DNA of 64,000 nt from Polyangiaceae bacterium (GTDB taxonomy: Bacteria; Myxococcota_A; Polyangia; Polyangiales; Polyangiaceae): NCBI GenBank assembly GCA_965222375.1, contig CBDCTZ010000015.1, forward strand, positions 864,001 through 928,000, written 5' to 3'. Under the pieces are notes generated by a model. That model ran no database searches. It saw only the letters and a list, made by a program, of their open reading frames with translations, and had not been told where the DNA came from. The position numbers were made by a program, and so were the translations under genes. Position 1 is the stretch's first letter; every line of letters starts with the position of its first letter. Below, one piece after another: positions 19,119-29,535 of this stretch.

Positions 19119-20363
19119 ATGGCCGAGGCTGCGCCCAAAAAGGAGACCACGACCAAGAAGCGCTCGCCGCGCGGCCGCCTGAAGAAGTGGCTGATTGGGC
19201 TCGGGATCGGGCTGCCGGTTTCGATCTTGGTGCTCTGGATTCTAGTCCATCGAGTGGAATGGCTCGGGCCCCTGATCGCGAACTCGCTGCGTGCAGTGAT
19301 CGGACCTGAACGCGTCGCCAAACTGGAGGACTTCGCCTACGGAGTCGAAGACCGCTTCAACCGCTGGTGGAAGAAGGACGAAAAGCCCAAGGCGTATTGG
19401 GAGGTTCCCCCGGAGGAGTCCGCACAGCCCACCGCGGTGGTCGACGCAGGACCTGACGGACCACCCCCGCTGCCGCCGTTTCGCCCCGCAGACGTGCCGC
19501 CGGTGCACGAGAGTTGGTCAGCGCCCGGTGACGGCAAGTGGGTGCGCATCGTGGATCCGCGACGCCCCAAGGAACCCGCCTACATGTTCAAAACCCTGCT
19601 GCATCCCGACAAGAATCGCTCCTGGGCGGAGCTTTTCGTCGTTGCAGTCGACTTGCGACGGGTTCAGGCGCAAGCCGTCGCCGGCTACCGCGAACCGAAG
19701 AGCCACACCAAGGAGGGCATGGACTACAAGCGCACCGCGACCATTCCGAAAGAGCACCAAGAAGAGCTTCTTGCGGCCTTCAATGGCGGCTTCATGACCG
19801 AACACGGCTGGTACGGTATGAAAGTCGAAGGCGTGACGCTGGTGAAACCTCGCAAGAAGGCGTGCACCTTTGCCCACTACGAAGACGGTAGCTACGAGAT
19901 CGCCACCTGGAACAAGATCGAGGAAAAGGAACCCAAGATGAAGTGGTACCGGCAGGCGCCAGGCTGCATGTACGAAAACGGCGAGATGCACATCGGGTTG
20001 CGAGACCCCAAAAACCGTTCCTGGGGCGCCACTCTGGATGGGGAAACCGTGATTCGGCGTTCTGCGGTTGGGCTGAGCGAGGACGCACAGGTGCTGTACG
20101 TCGGCATCGGTAACAGCACGACGGCTGCCGCTATCGCGCGAGGCATGTTTCACGCGGGAGCCAAAGACGTCGCACAAATGGACGTCAACTGGTCCTATCC
20201 CAAGTTCGTCCTCTTCGAGCCCGCCGAAGCTGGAACCGAACGCATGGCCGTAGCCTTGGCCAAGGGCTTCGAGTTTTCCGAAAACGAGTACATTCGCAAG
20301 CGCTCCTATCGTGACTTCTTCTACCTGGTACGTAGCGACAAGGGCGCGCTGGCGCAGAACTGA
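19119..20363 (+). CDS. Membrane-anchored phosphodiester glycosidase-like (NAGPA/DUF2233-like) protein
   Basis: N-terminal TM helix; AAFNGGF, RRSAVG and QMDVN motifs. Confidence 0.6.
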   Translation: MAEAAPKKETTTKKRSPRGRLKKWLIGLGIGLPVSILVLWILVHRVEWLGPLIANSLRAVIGPERVAKLEDFAYGVEDRFNRWWKKDEKPKAYWEVPPEESAQPTAVVDAGPDGPPPLPPFRPADVPPVHESWSAPGDGKWVRIVDPRRPKEPAYMFKTLLHPDKNRSWAELFVVAVDLRRVQAQAVAGYREPKSHTKEGMDYKRTATIPKEHQEELLAAFNGGFMTEHGWYGMKVEGVTLVKPRKKACTFAHYEDGSYEIATWNKIEEKEPKMKWYRQAPGCMYENGEMHIGLRDPKNRSWGATLDGETVIRRSAVGLSEDAQVLYVGIGNSTTAAAIARGMFHAGAKDVAQMDVNWSYPKFVLFEPAEAGTERMAVALAKGFEFSENEYIRKRSYRDFFYLVRSDKGALAQN

Positions 20364-20526
20364 GCACACAGAACCGAGCGTTCGAGAGCACCGCCCAGAA
20401 GGCTGCACTGATCCGCGCACCTTTTTTGGGGGGCTGCAGAGCTTTGTGGCTCCCCAGTACGTCGCGACACCTGGCACTGCGGTGCCCGCCGGAGCACCCC
20501 ACCACGACCTTGCGTGGGGCGCCGCG

Positions 20527-20709
20527 GCTCATCGCTGCAGCGCTCGGCCCGAAGGGCCCTCGTGGCTCATCGCTCCAGCGTTCGGCCCGAAGGGCCCTCG
20601 TGGCTCGTCGCTCCAGCGTTCGGCCCGAAGGGCCCTCGTGGCTCATCGCTCCAGCGCTCGGCCCGAAGGGCCCTCGTGGCTCATCGCTCCAGCGTTCGGC
20701 CCGAAGGGC
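20527..20709. repeat. Intergenic tandem repeat, 38-bp unit, ~4.8 copies
   Basis: Unit GCTCATCGCTCCAGCGYTCGGCCCGAAGGGCCCTCGTG at 20527, 20565, 20603, 20641 and 20679 (partial); no spacers. Confidence 0.95.
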
Positions 20710-20795
20710 GTTGGCGGCACCGTCGAGTCTCCTTGGCAAACACGCGGCCCGCGAACCAGCCGAGTGCGTTGCGGTCTTCGCTGCTTGCGCAAGCG

Positions 20796-21548
20796 CTACT
20801 TGCTATTCCATTGGTATGTGAACTCGGCGATCTTGCCGCCACCCTGGTCGACGTAGGCGGTGAAGAACGTCGGCTTCGCGGTGTAGCCCAGCTTGGTGCT
20901 GACGGTGTTCGGGCAGGTGATGCTTCGCGTGATTTGCGCGGCGCTCGCGACGTAAGTGCCCGAGGACGTGACGTCGGAAGGCGCAGTGCCGTCGCGCTCC
21001 ACGGTCTTCAGCTCGTTGCCTACGAAGCGCAGAGAACGCCAGAAGGTCGTGCCCGTTGCACCGCCGTACAAGTTGACGCCCACCAACTTGTAGAACCCGT
21101 CCGTGATGCTCCCGCCCGCAGGCGAGGGCGCGCTGCCACCCATGGGTGCAGCCGTCACTTGGGTTCCGATTTGAACGAGATAGTTGCAGGCGCTACTAGA
21201 GCCGTCGTGACCGGCGTCGCCGGAACCACCATCCGCGCCTGCCGCACCCGCACCACCGTCGCTCCCAGCGGAACCGGCGCTCCCAGCGGAGCCGGCGCTT
21301 CCCGCCGTGCCGCCCGCGCTACCCCCAGAGCCCGCGATGCCACCACTGCCCGCGGCACCGCCGCTCGCGCTTCCACTCGCCCCACCGCTACCGCCTGTAG
21401 CGCCACCGCCACCTGTTGCTCCGCTGCCACCGCTAGCCGACGAACCGCCGCTACTACTGAGGTCCTTGACGGGGCCCGGATCGTTGTCACAGGCGGCAAC
21501 GAGGCAGCCCACACTGAGCAACACTGCCGCGCGGGTTCCGATAAGCAT
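20796..21548 (-). CDS. Lipoprotein with Gly/Ser linker and beta-rich C-terminal domain
   Basis: Lipobox VAAC; long G/S/A tract. Confidence 0.7.
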   Translation of the reverse strand: MLIGTRAAVLLSVGCLVAACDNDPGPVKDLSSSGGSSASGGSGATGGGGATGGSGGASGSASGGAAGSGGIAGSGGSAGGTAGSAGSAGSAGSAGSDGGAGAAGADGGSGDAGHDGSSSACNYLVQIGTQVTAAPMGGSAPSPAGGSITDGFYKLVGVNLYGGATGTTFWRSLRFVGNELKTVERDGTAPSDVTSSGTYVASAAQITRSITCPNTVSTKLGYTAKPTFFTAYVDQGGGKIAEFTYQWNSK

Positions 21549-21632
21549 GACCTAGTGTGCCTCATTCTGAGGCGGGAGACGAGCCGGGTTGCGCGGAAGT
21601 GAGGCTGCTCGCCAGCGTGCTAGGCTCCACGA

Positions 21633-22823
21633 GTGCGGCCGCTGAAAGCCTTGCTGATAGTCGCCGTCGCTTGCACGAGCTGTTCGACGCTGCTCGGCGT
21701 GGATGGCGACTTCGACGACCAGAGCGCCGACGCCAGCGCGGGCGGAAGCGCTGACGCTTCGGGCGGAGGCAGCGGTGGCGGACTTGGAGCCACCGGAGGC
21801 GGCGGAAACGCGGGTGCGTCCGGCGGGAGCGCCGGCGCACCCGGCGGCAGTGCGGGCGCTTCCGGCGGCGGTGCGGGCGCCACGGGCGGCAGTGACGCGG
21901 GGCCGGGTGAGATCTGCGACAACGGAGTCGACGACGATGGGGACAATCAAGCCGACTGCGCAGACTCGGACTGCCTAGCCGGCGGTGGATACAGCTGCGT
22001 GACGAACGCCCCCGCGGGTTGGGCGGGGCCCTTCGCGTTTTCCGTTGGGGCGCCGCCTTACCCAGCGTGTCCGGCTCCCTACTCGAAGGTCGAGTTACGG
22101 GGCGGGGAGAACATCGTGGCGCCGCCCGCGATGTGTTCCGGCTGCAGCTGTGGGACGCCGGCAAACGTGAAATGTGCGACGACCGCAACCACCTACACCG
22201 ACGCGGGCTGCACGAAAAACAAGCTCGGGCTGTTCCCACCGGAGAGCGCGTGCAACGGCGTCCCAGTCAACCAAAGTTTTTCGCAAACCCACGCCATCAC
22301 CAATGGTGCACTGTCTGCGATTGGGGGCAGCTGCTCCCCATCTGCTGGCACCAAGAGCGTTCCGCCTTTCACGTGGACGTCCTCCAAACAGTTATGCGGC
22401 GGCGCCAAGAGTGGGGCGGGTTGCACTGCGGGTTCGAGTTGTCTCCCCATGCCCAAGGCGCCGTTCGCCGCGAAGCTCTGCATCACAAAGCCCGGCGACG
22501 AGATTTGCCCCTCGCCTTTCTTGAACAAGCATCCGCTCTATGCCGACGCCACGGATTCGCGCGATTGCTCGTGCGCGTGCAACGGATCCACAGGCGGAAG
22601 TTGCACCGGCGGCACCATCAACTTCTATCCAGGCAGTTCCAAGTGTAGCGGCACGCCGGTGACCCTCACACCAAACGTCTGCAAGCCCACCACACCCTTC
22701 AAGTCCTTCTCCGTCAGCGTATCCGGCGCCACGGTCGTAACTGCCGGAAGCTGCTCGCCCACGAAGAAGACCTCCGGCACCGCCACGCCCGACGACCTGC
22801 GCACGGTGTGCTGCCTGCAGTAG
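21633..22823 (+). CDS. Cys-rich lipoprotein, 'GWxGP...TxCC' family member 1
   Basis: Lipobox CTSC; Gly linker; EICDNGVDDDGDNQADCADSDC motif; PAGWAGP; ends TVCCLQ. Confidence 0.8.
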   Translation: MRPLKALLIVAVACTSCSTLLGVDGDFDDQSADASAGGSADASGGGSGGGLGATGGGGNAGASGGSAGAPGGSAGASGGGAGATGGSDAGPGEICDNGVDDDGDNQADCADSDCLAGGGYSCVTNAPAGWAGPFAFSVGAPPYPACPAPYSKVELRGGENIVAPPAMCSGCSCGTPANVKCATTATTYTDAGCTKNKLGLFPPESACNGVPVNQSFSQTHAITNGALSAIGGSCSPSAGTKSVPPFTWTSSKQLCGGAKSGAGCTAGSSCLPMPKAPFAAKLCITKPGDEICPSPFLNKHPLYADATDSRDCSCACNGSTGGSCTGGTINFYPGSSKCSGTPVTLTPNVCKPTTPFKSFSVSVSGATVVTAGSCSPTKKTSGTATPDDLRTVCCLQ

Positions 22824-22951
22824 GGCTACGACTCGGCTGCTGCTCCCTCGCCGAGCTGGAGGGCCCAATTCGGGCCACCCGCCGCCGGAGCTAAGTACAG
22901 CTCAGCAGACCTTCGTGGCGGCCCTCCGGCGCAGCTGGCACTGCAGCGGAC

Positions 22952-23722
22952 GTGAAAACGGAGGAGTCGTTGATGAACTCGAGAGTGCTAATCAGGGGAA
23001 AGGGCCAGGACTGCGGCTTGGGGCGGGGCGCAGGTTGGTTGTTGGCGGCCCTCTGGCTCAGCGGAGGTTGCGCCTCGACGGAAACCGACCTGGGCGAAGG
23101 CCAGAGCGGAGGCGGGCAGTCCGGTGGAGCGGGGGTGGCCCAGCCCGACGCGAGCGTCACCGACGCCAGCTTCCCAGACGTCGATTCAGGCTCCATCACG
23201 CAGCCTGACGCTGGCCACACTACGGACGCGGCCCCAGAGGCTGCTCCTGCGCTGGACGCGACCCCCGACTCCCCGCCGCCTCAGGATAGCGGCAGTGTCA
23301 CTTGCAAGGGTGAGCTCGTCACGATCGAAATCGAGGGCTCCTGCGAATGCCCGCTCACCCCCGCTGCCTGCAAGAACTGCGTCAAGTCTTCGGTGCTGCA
23401 ACCGGGCAAGTATCGCATCGAGTACATGTATGGCGCGGCGACCACCAAAGCTAGCAAGCCATGGAACGGACGCTTCACCTCATCCTGCGCTTCCTGCGGC
23501 GGCAGCTACAAATGCTGGAGCGTGCAGAGCAACCTTGGCGAGCTTCCCGGCTTCGTGCCCGAAAAACAAGCTTGGCAATCCGCCCTGCAAGCCGAGTCCG
23601 CGAATGCTGGCAGCGCCATCACCGTCACCGTGACCCAAGCCACCCCCCTCAAGGCCTGGTACCACGACAACATCTGTGAGGATTCGCTCGGCTCGATTAC
23701 CTACTGCATCGAACCGCTGTAG
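22952..23722 (+). CDS. Hypothetical lipoprotein, Cys-containing C-terminal domain
   Basis: Lipobox SGGC; D/A/P-rich linker. Confidence 0.65.
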   Translation: MKTEESLMNSRVLIRGKGQDCGLGRGAGWLLAALWLSGGCASTETDLGEGQSGGGQSGGAGVAQPDASVTDASFPDVDSGSITQPDAGHTTDAAPEAAPALDATPDSPPPQDSGSVTCKGELVTIEIEGSCECPLTPAACKNCVKSSVLQPGKYRIEYMYGAATTKASKPWNGRFTSSCASCGGSYKCWSVQSNLGELPGFVPEKQAWQSALQAESANAGSAITVTVTQATPLKAWYHDNICEDSLGSITYCIEPL

Positions 23723-23967
23723 CCACCATTGTAGCTGGCGTTTTGCGGTGCGCAGGCGTCTTGAAGCCGCTTCGGTGCGATTCGAGCCCACCCGTTCTGG
23801 AACGCTGGGCTGCCCACTAGAAAGGTGTCCGGTCAACTGGCTCTCACCTGACGGCTGTCGCCCAAAACCCCACTTGGCAACGCTGAGCTCGTTCTGAGAC
23901 CACCTGATCGCGCCATACCCACCCGTGCGCTACTACCGGACGCGGAGCAACAGGCTATCCTCCGCGC

Positions 23968-24276
23968 GTGAAAACGACACATCGCTGCCCCAAGTGCCAA
24001 TTCGATCGCATTCTGTACATCACGCATGTCGCCGACCGCTACGGCGAGTACGCGACGTCGGAGGCCTCCACGCCGATGAAGGTCGCCCACTACCGAAAGC
24101 AGGTGGGGTCGGTGTTCGGCCTGGCCATGACGAAGACCGAGCGCTCCGGTGAACTCGAAGCCGGTGTGTGTCGGCGCTGCGGCTACACCGAGTTCTACAC
24201 CAAGGATCCGGACCAGATCATCGTGGACGGAACTCACGTGCGGGAACTCATCGGGACCCAGGCCTACCGCGAATAG
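23968..24276 (+). CDS. Zn-ribbon protein (DUF2082-like)
   Basis: CPKC ... CRRCGYTEFY. Confidence 0.7.
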   Translation: MKTTHRCPKCQFDRILYITHVADRYGEYATSEASTPMKVAHYRKQVGSVFGLAMTKTERSGELEAGVCRRCGYTEFYTKDPDQIIVDGTHVRELIGTQAYRE

Positions 24277-24303
24277 CAACAGACCCCGTCCGCGGGAGCG
24301 TGC

Positions 24304-24664
24304 TCAACAACCGTCGACGGCCAGGTCCATCGCTTTCAGAACGTCCTTTGCGGGTACCCAGGGCGCCGTGGATGGAAAGCTCAGCTCGAGGTCGGTATCC
24401 ACGGTTTTGGGAAACTCGAAGGGGTTGGCACTCGGCTTCCAAGTTATCGAGCCGCTGGCGTCACTGGCACCGACTTTTGTCGCCGGTGCGGGTCCAGTTG
24501 GCAGGCAGTTCGACACCTCATTGGTGATCGACGCAGATTCCACCGCTAGCGGCTCCGGTGCCACCGGAGCCGCCGCTTTGGCCCGTGGTGTCGCTTTCCG
24601 AACTGCCCCCGCAGGCCACACCGAAGGCCATCGCAATTCCAGCCAACACCGCGAGTCTCGGCAT
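24304..24664 (-). pseudogene. Frameshifted lipoprotein remnant
   Basis: MPRLAVLAGIAMAFGVAC + Gly linker stops at 24518; protein-like sequence continues in another frame (ITNEVSNCLPTG...) to 24304. Confidence 0.45.
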
Positions 24665-24915
24665 CGTGTCCCCATCTTCGCCCGCAGACGGGTCCGCGAC
24701 AAGGCGCAGCTCTGGGCGCGGGGCAGCGACCGTCGAAGTCGACCGCGACAAGGCCGGCGCCACTCCGCCCTTCGTCGCCCACGTCAACATCGAATGGACA
24801 AATCCCGGGAAGCCCGCTTCCTCCTCGGCTACACTGGTATGCTGAGTCGCTAAGCTCGCCCCGGAAATGCAGCCGCGGCCACCACCGCCGCTCTCCCGAA
24901 TGGTGATAAGGATCC

Positions 24916-26505
24916 ATGATGCATTGGCGAACTGTCGTCCTGGGAGTTTCGATCACCGCCCTCGCTGACCCTGTGAGGGCGGCGTGCCCACTTCTTACGC
25001 CGGCGTCCGGCGCTCCCTCAGTTCTTTGGGGGGAGCTGAGCCCGTTGGACAAGGGGCAGCTACCTGCAAATCGAGATAGCACCGACTTCAACGGCTTCCA
25101 GTTTCCCAATTCCAAGTACCCGCTGTGGGTGGACATCGATCACGCTGGCTCCTACCTTTTCCTGACCACGACCTTCGGTTTCCAGGTGTGGCAGCCAACC
25201 TCCGCTGGAAACCCAAAGCCACTACTCACCGTTAGCGGTTGGAAGAAGGGAGCAACTCCCGAGTGGGTTCCTCAAGGGGAAGCTACCAACTTTCCAATGA
25301 AAGCGGGTGCCGCCGCAAAGGTGGAGAAGGACGGCTATGTATACGTGGGCGTGGGCTTGGCCGGCACGATCATTTGGAGGTGGAATCCGGGTTCGCCGTT
25401 GAAGGTGCTCTATCAGCACCCTCTTGCGGCAAGTGGTCGAGATGCCTACGTCATGTCCAGTGGTTCGCGGTGGTACGCCTACACGGCTGGCGGACCGTTG
25501 CGCGCTTATGACATCACGCGCGCAAACGACTTCAGCGCCTGCGTCGAAAACCAAACTAGTCCAACCACCTGCAAGGGCGTTTTTCTTGGATCGCTACCGG
25601 GCAATACAGCCTCTGTGGCAGGTGTGGACGATATCATCGCAACCGCACTTCCGTGGGGCAACATTCGCCTTTTCCGGGCTATCGACCCGGCAAAGCCGAC
25701 GCTCTTGGTCACGTCGCCGCCATCCTTGACGAACGTCGGGGACGTGGCGATGTGGCAAGCGAACGGGAAGACTCTACTCGCTGCAGTCACGCACAACCCC
25801 TATGAAATGTTAATCTACGACGTTAGCGCCTGCGAGACCCCAGCGGGGTGTACGTCGTCGGTTTTCAAGCCGCTCTTCAAGAAGAAGCTCGAGTCCCCGG
25901 TGGGATCCGTCAAGCTGACTTATTCCGTGCAGGGAGCACGCCGGTTCTTGCATCACGCGTCCGGGGTGCATTGCCTATCTGGCCCCAGGGAGCACCTATT
26001 CGACGTGACCGATCTCACTAAGATCCGTGACGTAAGTCCGCGCCACACCACGACCATTCAGGTCCAGAGCAAGCCGGTTACCGTCGACTATTGGGGCTAC
26101 TACTATCCCGATGGTGCGGGCTTTAGCTTGGTTTCAGCCCACGGCGCGCTGTTCGTCGGGGACGATCTATATCGCATCGCCTACACTCTCTTTGACGTCC
26201 ACCAAACGCACTGGGCTCAGCCAACGGATGGCGGGGCCGATGCGAACGATGTGGATGCGGGAACGGATGCGAGCGACGCGAACGTCGGAGTTCCTGGTCG
26301 CGTGGATTCGGGTTCCAGGGACGCTTCCTCCAGCGATGCAGGTCCAGAACCTTCGGGTACCGGTACTCGTCCTTCTTCTGATGGCGGCGGCTGCAATTGC
26401 ACGCTGGGCGGGGCGGACGCTCGCCGCGATAACCCTGCCTGGGCATCGCTACTGATCTTCGGTCTGCTGGTTAGCCAGCGTCGAAAAGTGCGCTCGCCAA
26501 CATGA
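24916..26505 (+). CDS. Secreted beta-propeller-like surface protein with MYXO-CTERM-like tail
   Basis: Signal peptide; C-terminal DGGGCNC + hydrophobic helix + RRK. Confidence 0.7.
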   Translation: MMHWRTVVLGVSITALADPVRAACPLLTPASGAPSVLWGELSPLDKGQLPANRDSTDFNGFQFPNSKYPLWVDIDHAGSYLFLTTTFGFQVWQPTSAGNPKPLLTVSGWKKGATPEWVPQGEATNFPMKAGAAAKVEKDGYVYVGVGLAGTIIWRWNPGSPLKVLYQHPLAASGRDAYVMSSGSRWYAYTAGGPLRAYDITRANDFSACVENQTSPTTCKGVFLGSLPGNTASVAGVDDIIATALPWGNIRLFRAIDPAKPTLLVTSPPSLTNVGDVAMWQANGKTLLAAVTHNPYEMLIYDVSACETPAGCTSSVFKPLFKKKLESPVGSVKLTYSVQGARRFLHHASGVHCLSGPREHLFDVTDLTKIRDVSPRHTTTIQVQSKPVTVDYWGYYYPDGAGFSLVSAHGALFVGDDLYRIAYTLFDVHQTHWAQPTDGGADANDVDAGTDASDANVGVPGRVDSGSRDASSSDAGPEPSGTGTRPSSDGGGCNCTLGGADARRDNPAWASLLIFGLLVSQRRKVRSPT

Positions 26506-26542
26506 ACGCAAGCCCCCAACGTAGTCGAGACGGGAGACCCAC

Positions 26543-27490
26543 ATGATGACGCCGAAACACTTTGCTCTATTCGCTGCACTCTTTGCTTTGGGCTGCGGCG
26601 GCAGCTCCGATGATGGCGCCGGCGGTAGCGCCGGAGGGGGCAGCGGCGGAGCCGACGCCTCTACTACGGGCGGGAGCGGAGGCAGCGCGGGCAGCGCTGG
26701 GGGCAGCGCCGGTAGTGCGGGCAGCACCGGGTGCAGCCCTGCCTGCGGAACATCTCGGGAGTGTTGCAGTGGGCAGTGCACCAACTTGGCCAACGATCCG
26801 CGCAACTGCGGGGGCTGCGGCACCAAGTGCGGCGCCGACGAGTGGTGCAACGGCTCAGGCAAGTGCGAAAAGCGCCCCTGCACCACTACGTGCACAGACG
26901 CGAGCCGGTGTTGCGGCGGCGCCTGCTGCGACGCTGGAGAGATCTGCTGCGATCGCCAAGGTCCCGTGTCCGTTGGCCCTGAATGCACCAAGCCCGACGA
27001 CCGCGGGACCTGCCCCATGGGCTGCGCGCCCCTTTGTCAGTGCGCTTCGCCCGACACGCTTGTCGCGACCCCCGAGGGGCCTCGACCCATCTCTGAGCTG
27101 AAAACCGGGGACATGGTGTACAGCCTGCACCGAGGGCAGCTGACGGCGGTGCCGCTGGTCGGAACTCAACGCATCCTGGTACAGAACCATCGCGTGGTTC
27201 GCCTGGATTTCGAGGGCGGTGCCCGCATCGAAATGAGCGCCGGTCACCCCACTGCGGACGGTCGCGGTTTTGGCGCTCTCCGCGCGGGCCAAGAGGTGGA
27301 CGGCGTGCGCCTCGCCAGCGTGCGTGTGATCCCGTACAAGCACGACGCCACCTACGACATCCTCCCCCAATCCGACACCGGGGCGTACTTCGCCAGCGGC
27401 ATCCTCGTGGGGTCCACGATGAAGGCCACCCCAGTGGCCTCCGAGCTGAGCAGGCCACGAAGCGCCGTGCTGCGCAGCCAACACCGCTAG
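26543..27490 (+). CDS. Cys-rich (Stig1-like) lipoprotein with C-terminal Hint domain, copy 1
   Basis: Lipobox ALGC; DPRNCGGCG; Hint block A CASPDTLVATPEG, LKTGDMV, block B SAGH, block F TYDI, end GILVGST. Confidence 0.8.
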   Translation: MMTPKHFALFAALFALGCGGSSDDGAGGSAGGGSGGADASTTGGSGGSAGSAGGSAGSAGSTGCSPACGTSRECCSGQCTNLANDPRNCGGCGTKCGADEWCNGSGKCEKRPCTTTCTDASRCCGGACCDAGEICCDRQGPVSVGPECTKPDDRGTCPMGCAPLCQCASPDTLVATPEGPRPISELKTGDMVYSLHRGQLTAVPLVGTQRILVQNHRVVRLDFEGGARIEMSAGHPTADGRGFGALRAGQEVDGVRLASVRVIPYKHDATYDILPQSDTGAYFASGILVGSTMKATPVASELSRPRSAVLRSQHR

Positions 27491-27686
27491 ATCCCCGGCG
27501 GACCTCCCGAGAACTGGCCAGCACAGCCATCTCCGTGAGCTCGCAACCCCACTTCTGCCGTTTGGCACTCCACACCGAGCTTCCCTGTGCCCTGGCACCA
27601 GCGTTCTGCGGTTCGACTCGGGGCGCGAGCCGGCAGCTCAAGGGTTCCTCCAAGCGGCCGATGATCATGTCGAGCAAGAACACGAG

Positions 27687-29489
27687 ATGGCTAGTTGGAA
27701 CTCAGGGAGAACGCCAGCGATGGAAAGCGCAGCGGAGGAGTCAGAGGGACCAGGCCGGCGGTTCCGTCTCGACGAAGCCGGGCTGTTGACATGGCTCAAC
27801 CGGGAGCATCGGCAACGAGGAATAGTCTGGAAATACGGCGATTCCCCAAGGCTGTGGACGGATTTCGTCAGCATCGGCCACCACGAACGTTGCCTTGCTG
27901 CCGCAAACCGAATCCGCAGCGGCTCCTCGACCCAAGAATGCCTTGTCACCCGGTCCTCTTGGGGCAGCGATTGGGTCCGCTGGTACCTATGCGGCAATAC
28001 CGATGGTCCCATCTTGGGACATGCCTTCGACGCCAGCGAAGAACAGCAGACAGTCGAGCTGCATCGCATTGGCGTAGAAGCATCTCCAACCGGGCTTCTG
28101 ATCGTGGATCCCAGAGGCACCATCGTCATGGCAAATCACCAGGTCGAAGCCATGTTCGGCTACACCCGGAGCGAGCTTCTCGGCAGCCGGGTGGAAATTC
28201 TGCTTCCCAAGCAGCTTCGCGAACGCCACCCGGCCTTGATGGCGAGCTTCTTCAGGATGCCGGCCAGTCGCGCCATGGGTCAGGGAAGGGACCTCTTCGG
28301 TGCTCGAAAAGACGGTTCTGAGTTCGCCATCGAAATAGGCTTGAACCCAGCCCGCATAGGCACAGCGACCTTCGTGCTCGCGTCCATCGTGGACACCTCG
28401 GCGCGGAAGCTGCACGAGGCGGAGAGGCAGGAGCGGATGGCGGAGCTGCAGCAGTACCAACGCGAAACAGGCGTGCTCAGCGAGATGTCATCCTTGCTCC
28501 AGCACGCAACAACGCTAGAGGAAGCTCACCAGGTGGTCGCGGCCTTTGGCAAAGAGTTGCTAGCCTGTAGCGACGAAACGACCAATGTCGCCATCTACAC
28601 AGCGCGGTCCTCCCAAGACGCCCTGGAGCTGAGGTCCACCTGGGGCAAGTTGGCGCCTCCGAAGAGGTTTGCCATCGACGACTGCTGGGCACTGCGCCGC
28701 TGGCAGACCCACCAGGTCAGCCAGAACGAGGGATCCGTAACCCTGCCAAGGTGCAGCCACTCCGCCCACGAGGGCTGGCAGATGTGCATACCCATGGCGG
28801 CGCAAGGTCAAGCCACGGGGCTCATCAGCATCTACGGTTCCAGGGACGTGGGCGCGAGCGAGCGGAGCGACTTGGAGCGCGCCGCCAAGGCCGTAGCCGA
28901 TCAGCTCGCGCTGGCCGTCAGCAACCTGTCTCTGCGAGAATCCCTGCGCCAGATGGCAATCCGCGATCCATTGACCGGTCTGTTCAACCGCCGCCACATG
29001 GAAGACTCGGTTGCGCGGGAGCTAGCCCGGGCAAAGCGAAATGGGTGGCAGGTCTCCGTTTGGATGCTCGATATCGACCATTTCAAGAGGTTCAACGACA
29101 CCCACGGCCATCAAGCGGCGGATGAAGCACTCGCAGACTTCGGCCAGCACCTACAAAACGGCATCCGTGAGTCGGACATCGGATGCCGCTTCGGGGGTGA
29201 GGAGTTCGTCGCGGTACTGCCAGATTGCGGGAAGGAAGAGGCCGTTCACAAGGCCGATGCCTTCCGCCGGAGCATCAAGAAAAGCAATCTCGGTATCACA
29301 GTGTCAATCGGAGTTGCAGAGTTTCCCCAAGACGGTGGCAATTGGCAGACGGTCCTCCGAGCTGCGGACCTGGCCTTGTACGGCGCAAAGGCGGCGGGTC
29401 GAAATTGCGTGCAGTCCGCTGTCGGCATTGGCAGCGGGGACGATGGTCTCGACCAACCGCGTCTCGTCGAGGCCGCGGCGAGCGAATAG
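27687..29489 (+). CDS. Diguanylate cyclase (PAS-GAF-GGDEF); real start probably nearer 28014
   Basis: PAS (RKDGSEFAIEIGL), GAF-like segment, DPLTGLFNRR, DIDHFK, RESD I-site, GGEEF. Confidence 0.9.
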   Translation: MASWNSGRTPAMESAAEESEGPGRRFRLDEAGLLTWLNREHRQRGIVWKYGDSPRLWTDFVSIGHHERCLAAANRIRSGSSTQECLVTRSSWGSDWVRWYLCGNTDGPILGHAFDASEEQQTVELHRIGVEASPTGLLIVDPRGTIVMANHQVEAMFGYTRSELLGSRVEILLPKQLRERHPALMASFFRMPASRAMGQGRDLFGARKDGSEFAIEIGLNPARIGTATFVLASIVDTSARKLHEAERQERMAELQQYQRETGVLSEMSSLLQHATTLEEAHQVVAAFGKELLACSDETTNVAIYTARSSQDALELRSTWGKLAPPKRFAIDDCWALRRWQTHQVSQNEGSVTLPRCSHSAHEGWQMCIPMAAQGQATGLISIYGSRDVGASERSDLERAAKAVADQLALAVSNLSLRESLRQMAIRDPLTGLFNRRHMEDSVARELARAKRNGWQVSVWMLDIDHFKRFNDTHGHQAADEALADFGQHLQNGIRESDIGCRFGGEEFVAVLPDCGKEEAVHKADAFRRSIKKSNLGITVSIGVAEFPQDGGNWQTVLRAADLALYGAKAAGRNCVQSAVGIGSGDDGLDQPRLVEAAASE

Positions 29490-29535
29490 GTCTGCCCGTC
29501 AGGGGGCAGTCTGGCGAGGGTCGACCGAGAAACCG

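Noticed and set aside
20527..20709. CRISPR array
   Set aside because: Units are contiguous with no unique spacers, and no cas genes were recognised in the window
20185..21602. ORFs spanning the 38-bp array
   Set aside because: Stop-free repeat read in cycling frames; no protein-like composition
27041..27490. Canonical intein (also 38552-38989)
   Set aside because: No His-Asn/Cys-Ser-Thr splice end, no endonuclease domain, no real C-extein
27687..28013. N-terminal sensory domain on the diguanylate cyclase
   Set aside because: Atypical composition before the PAS domain; likely an ORF extension past the true start
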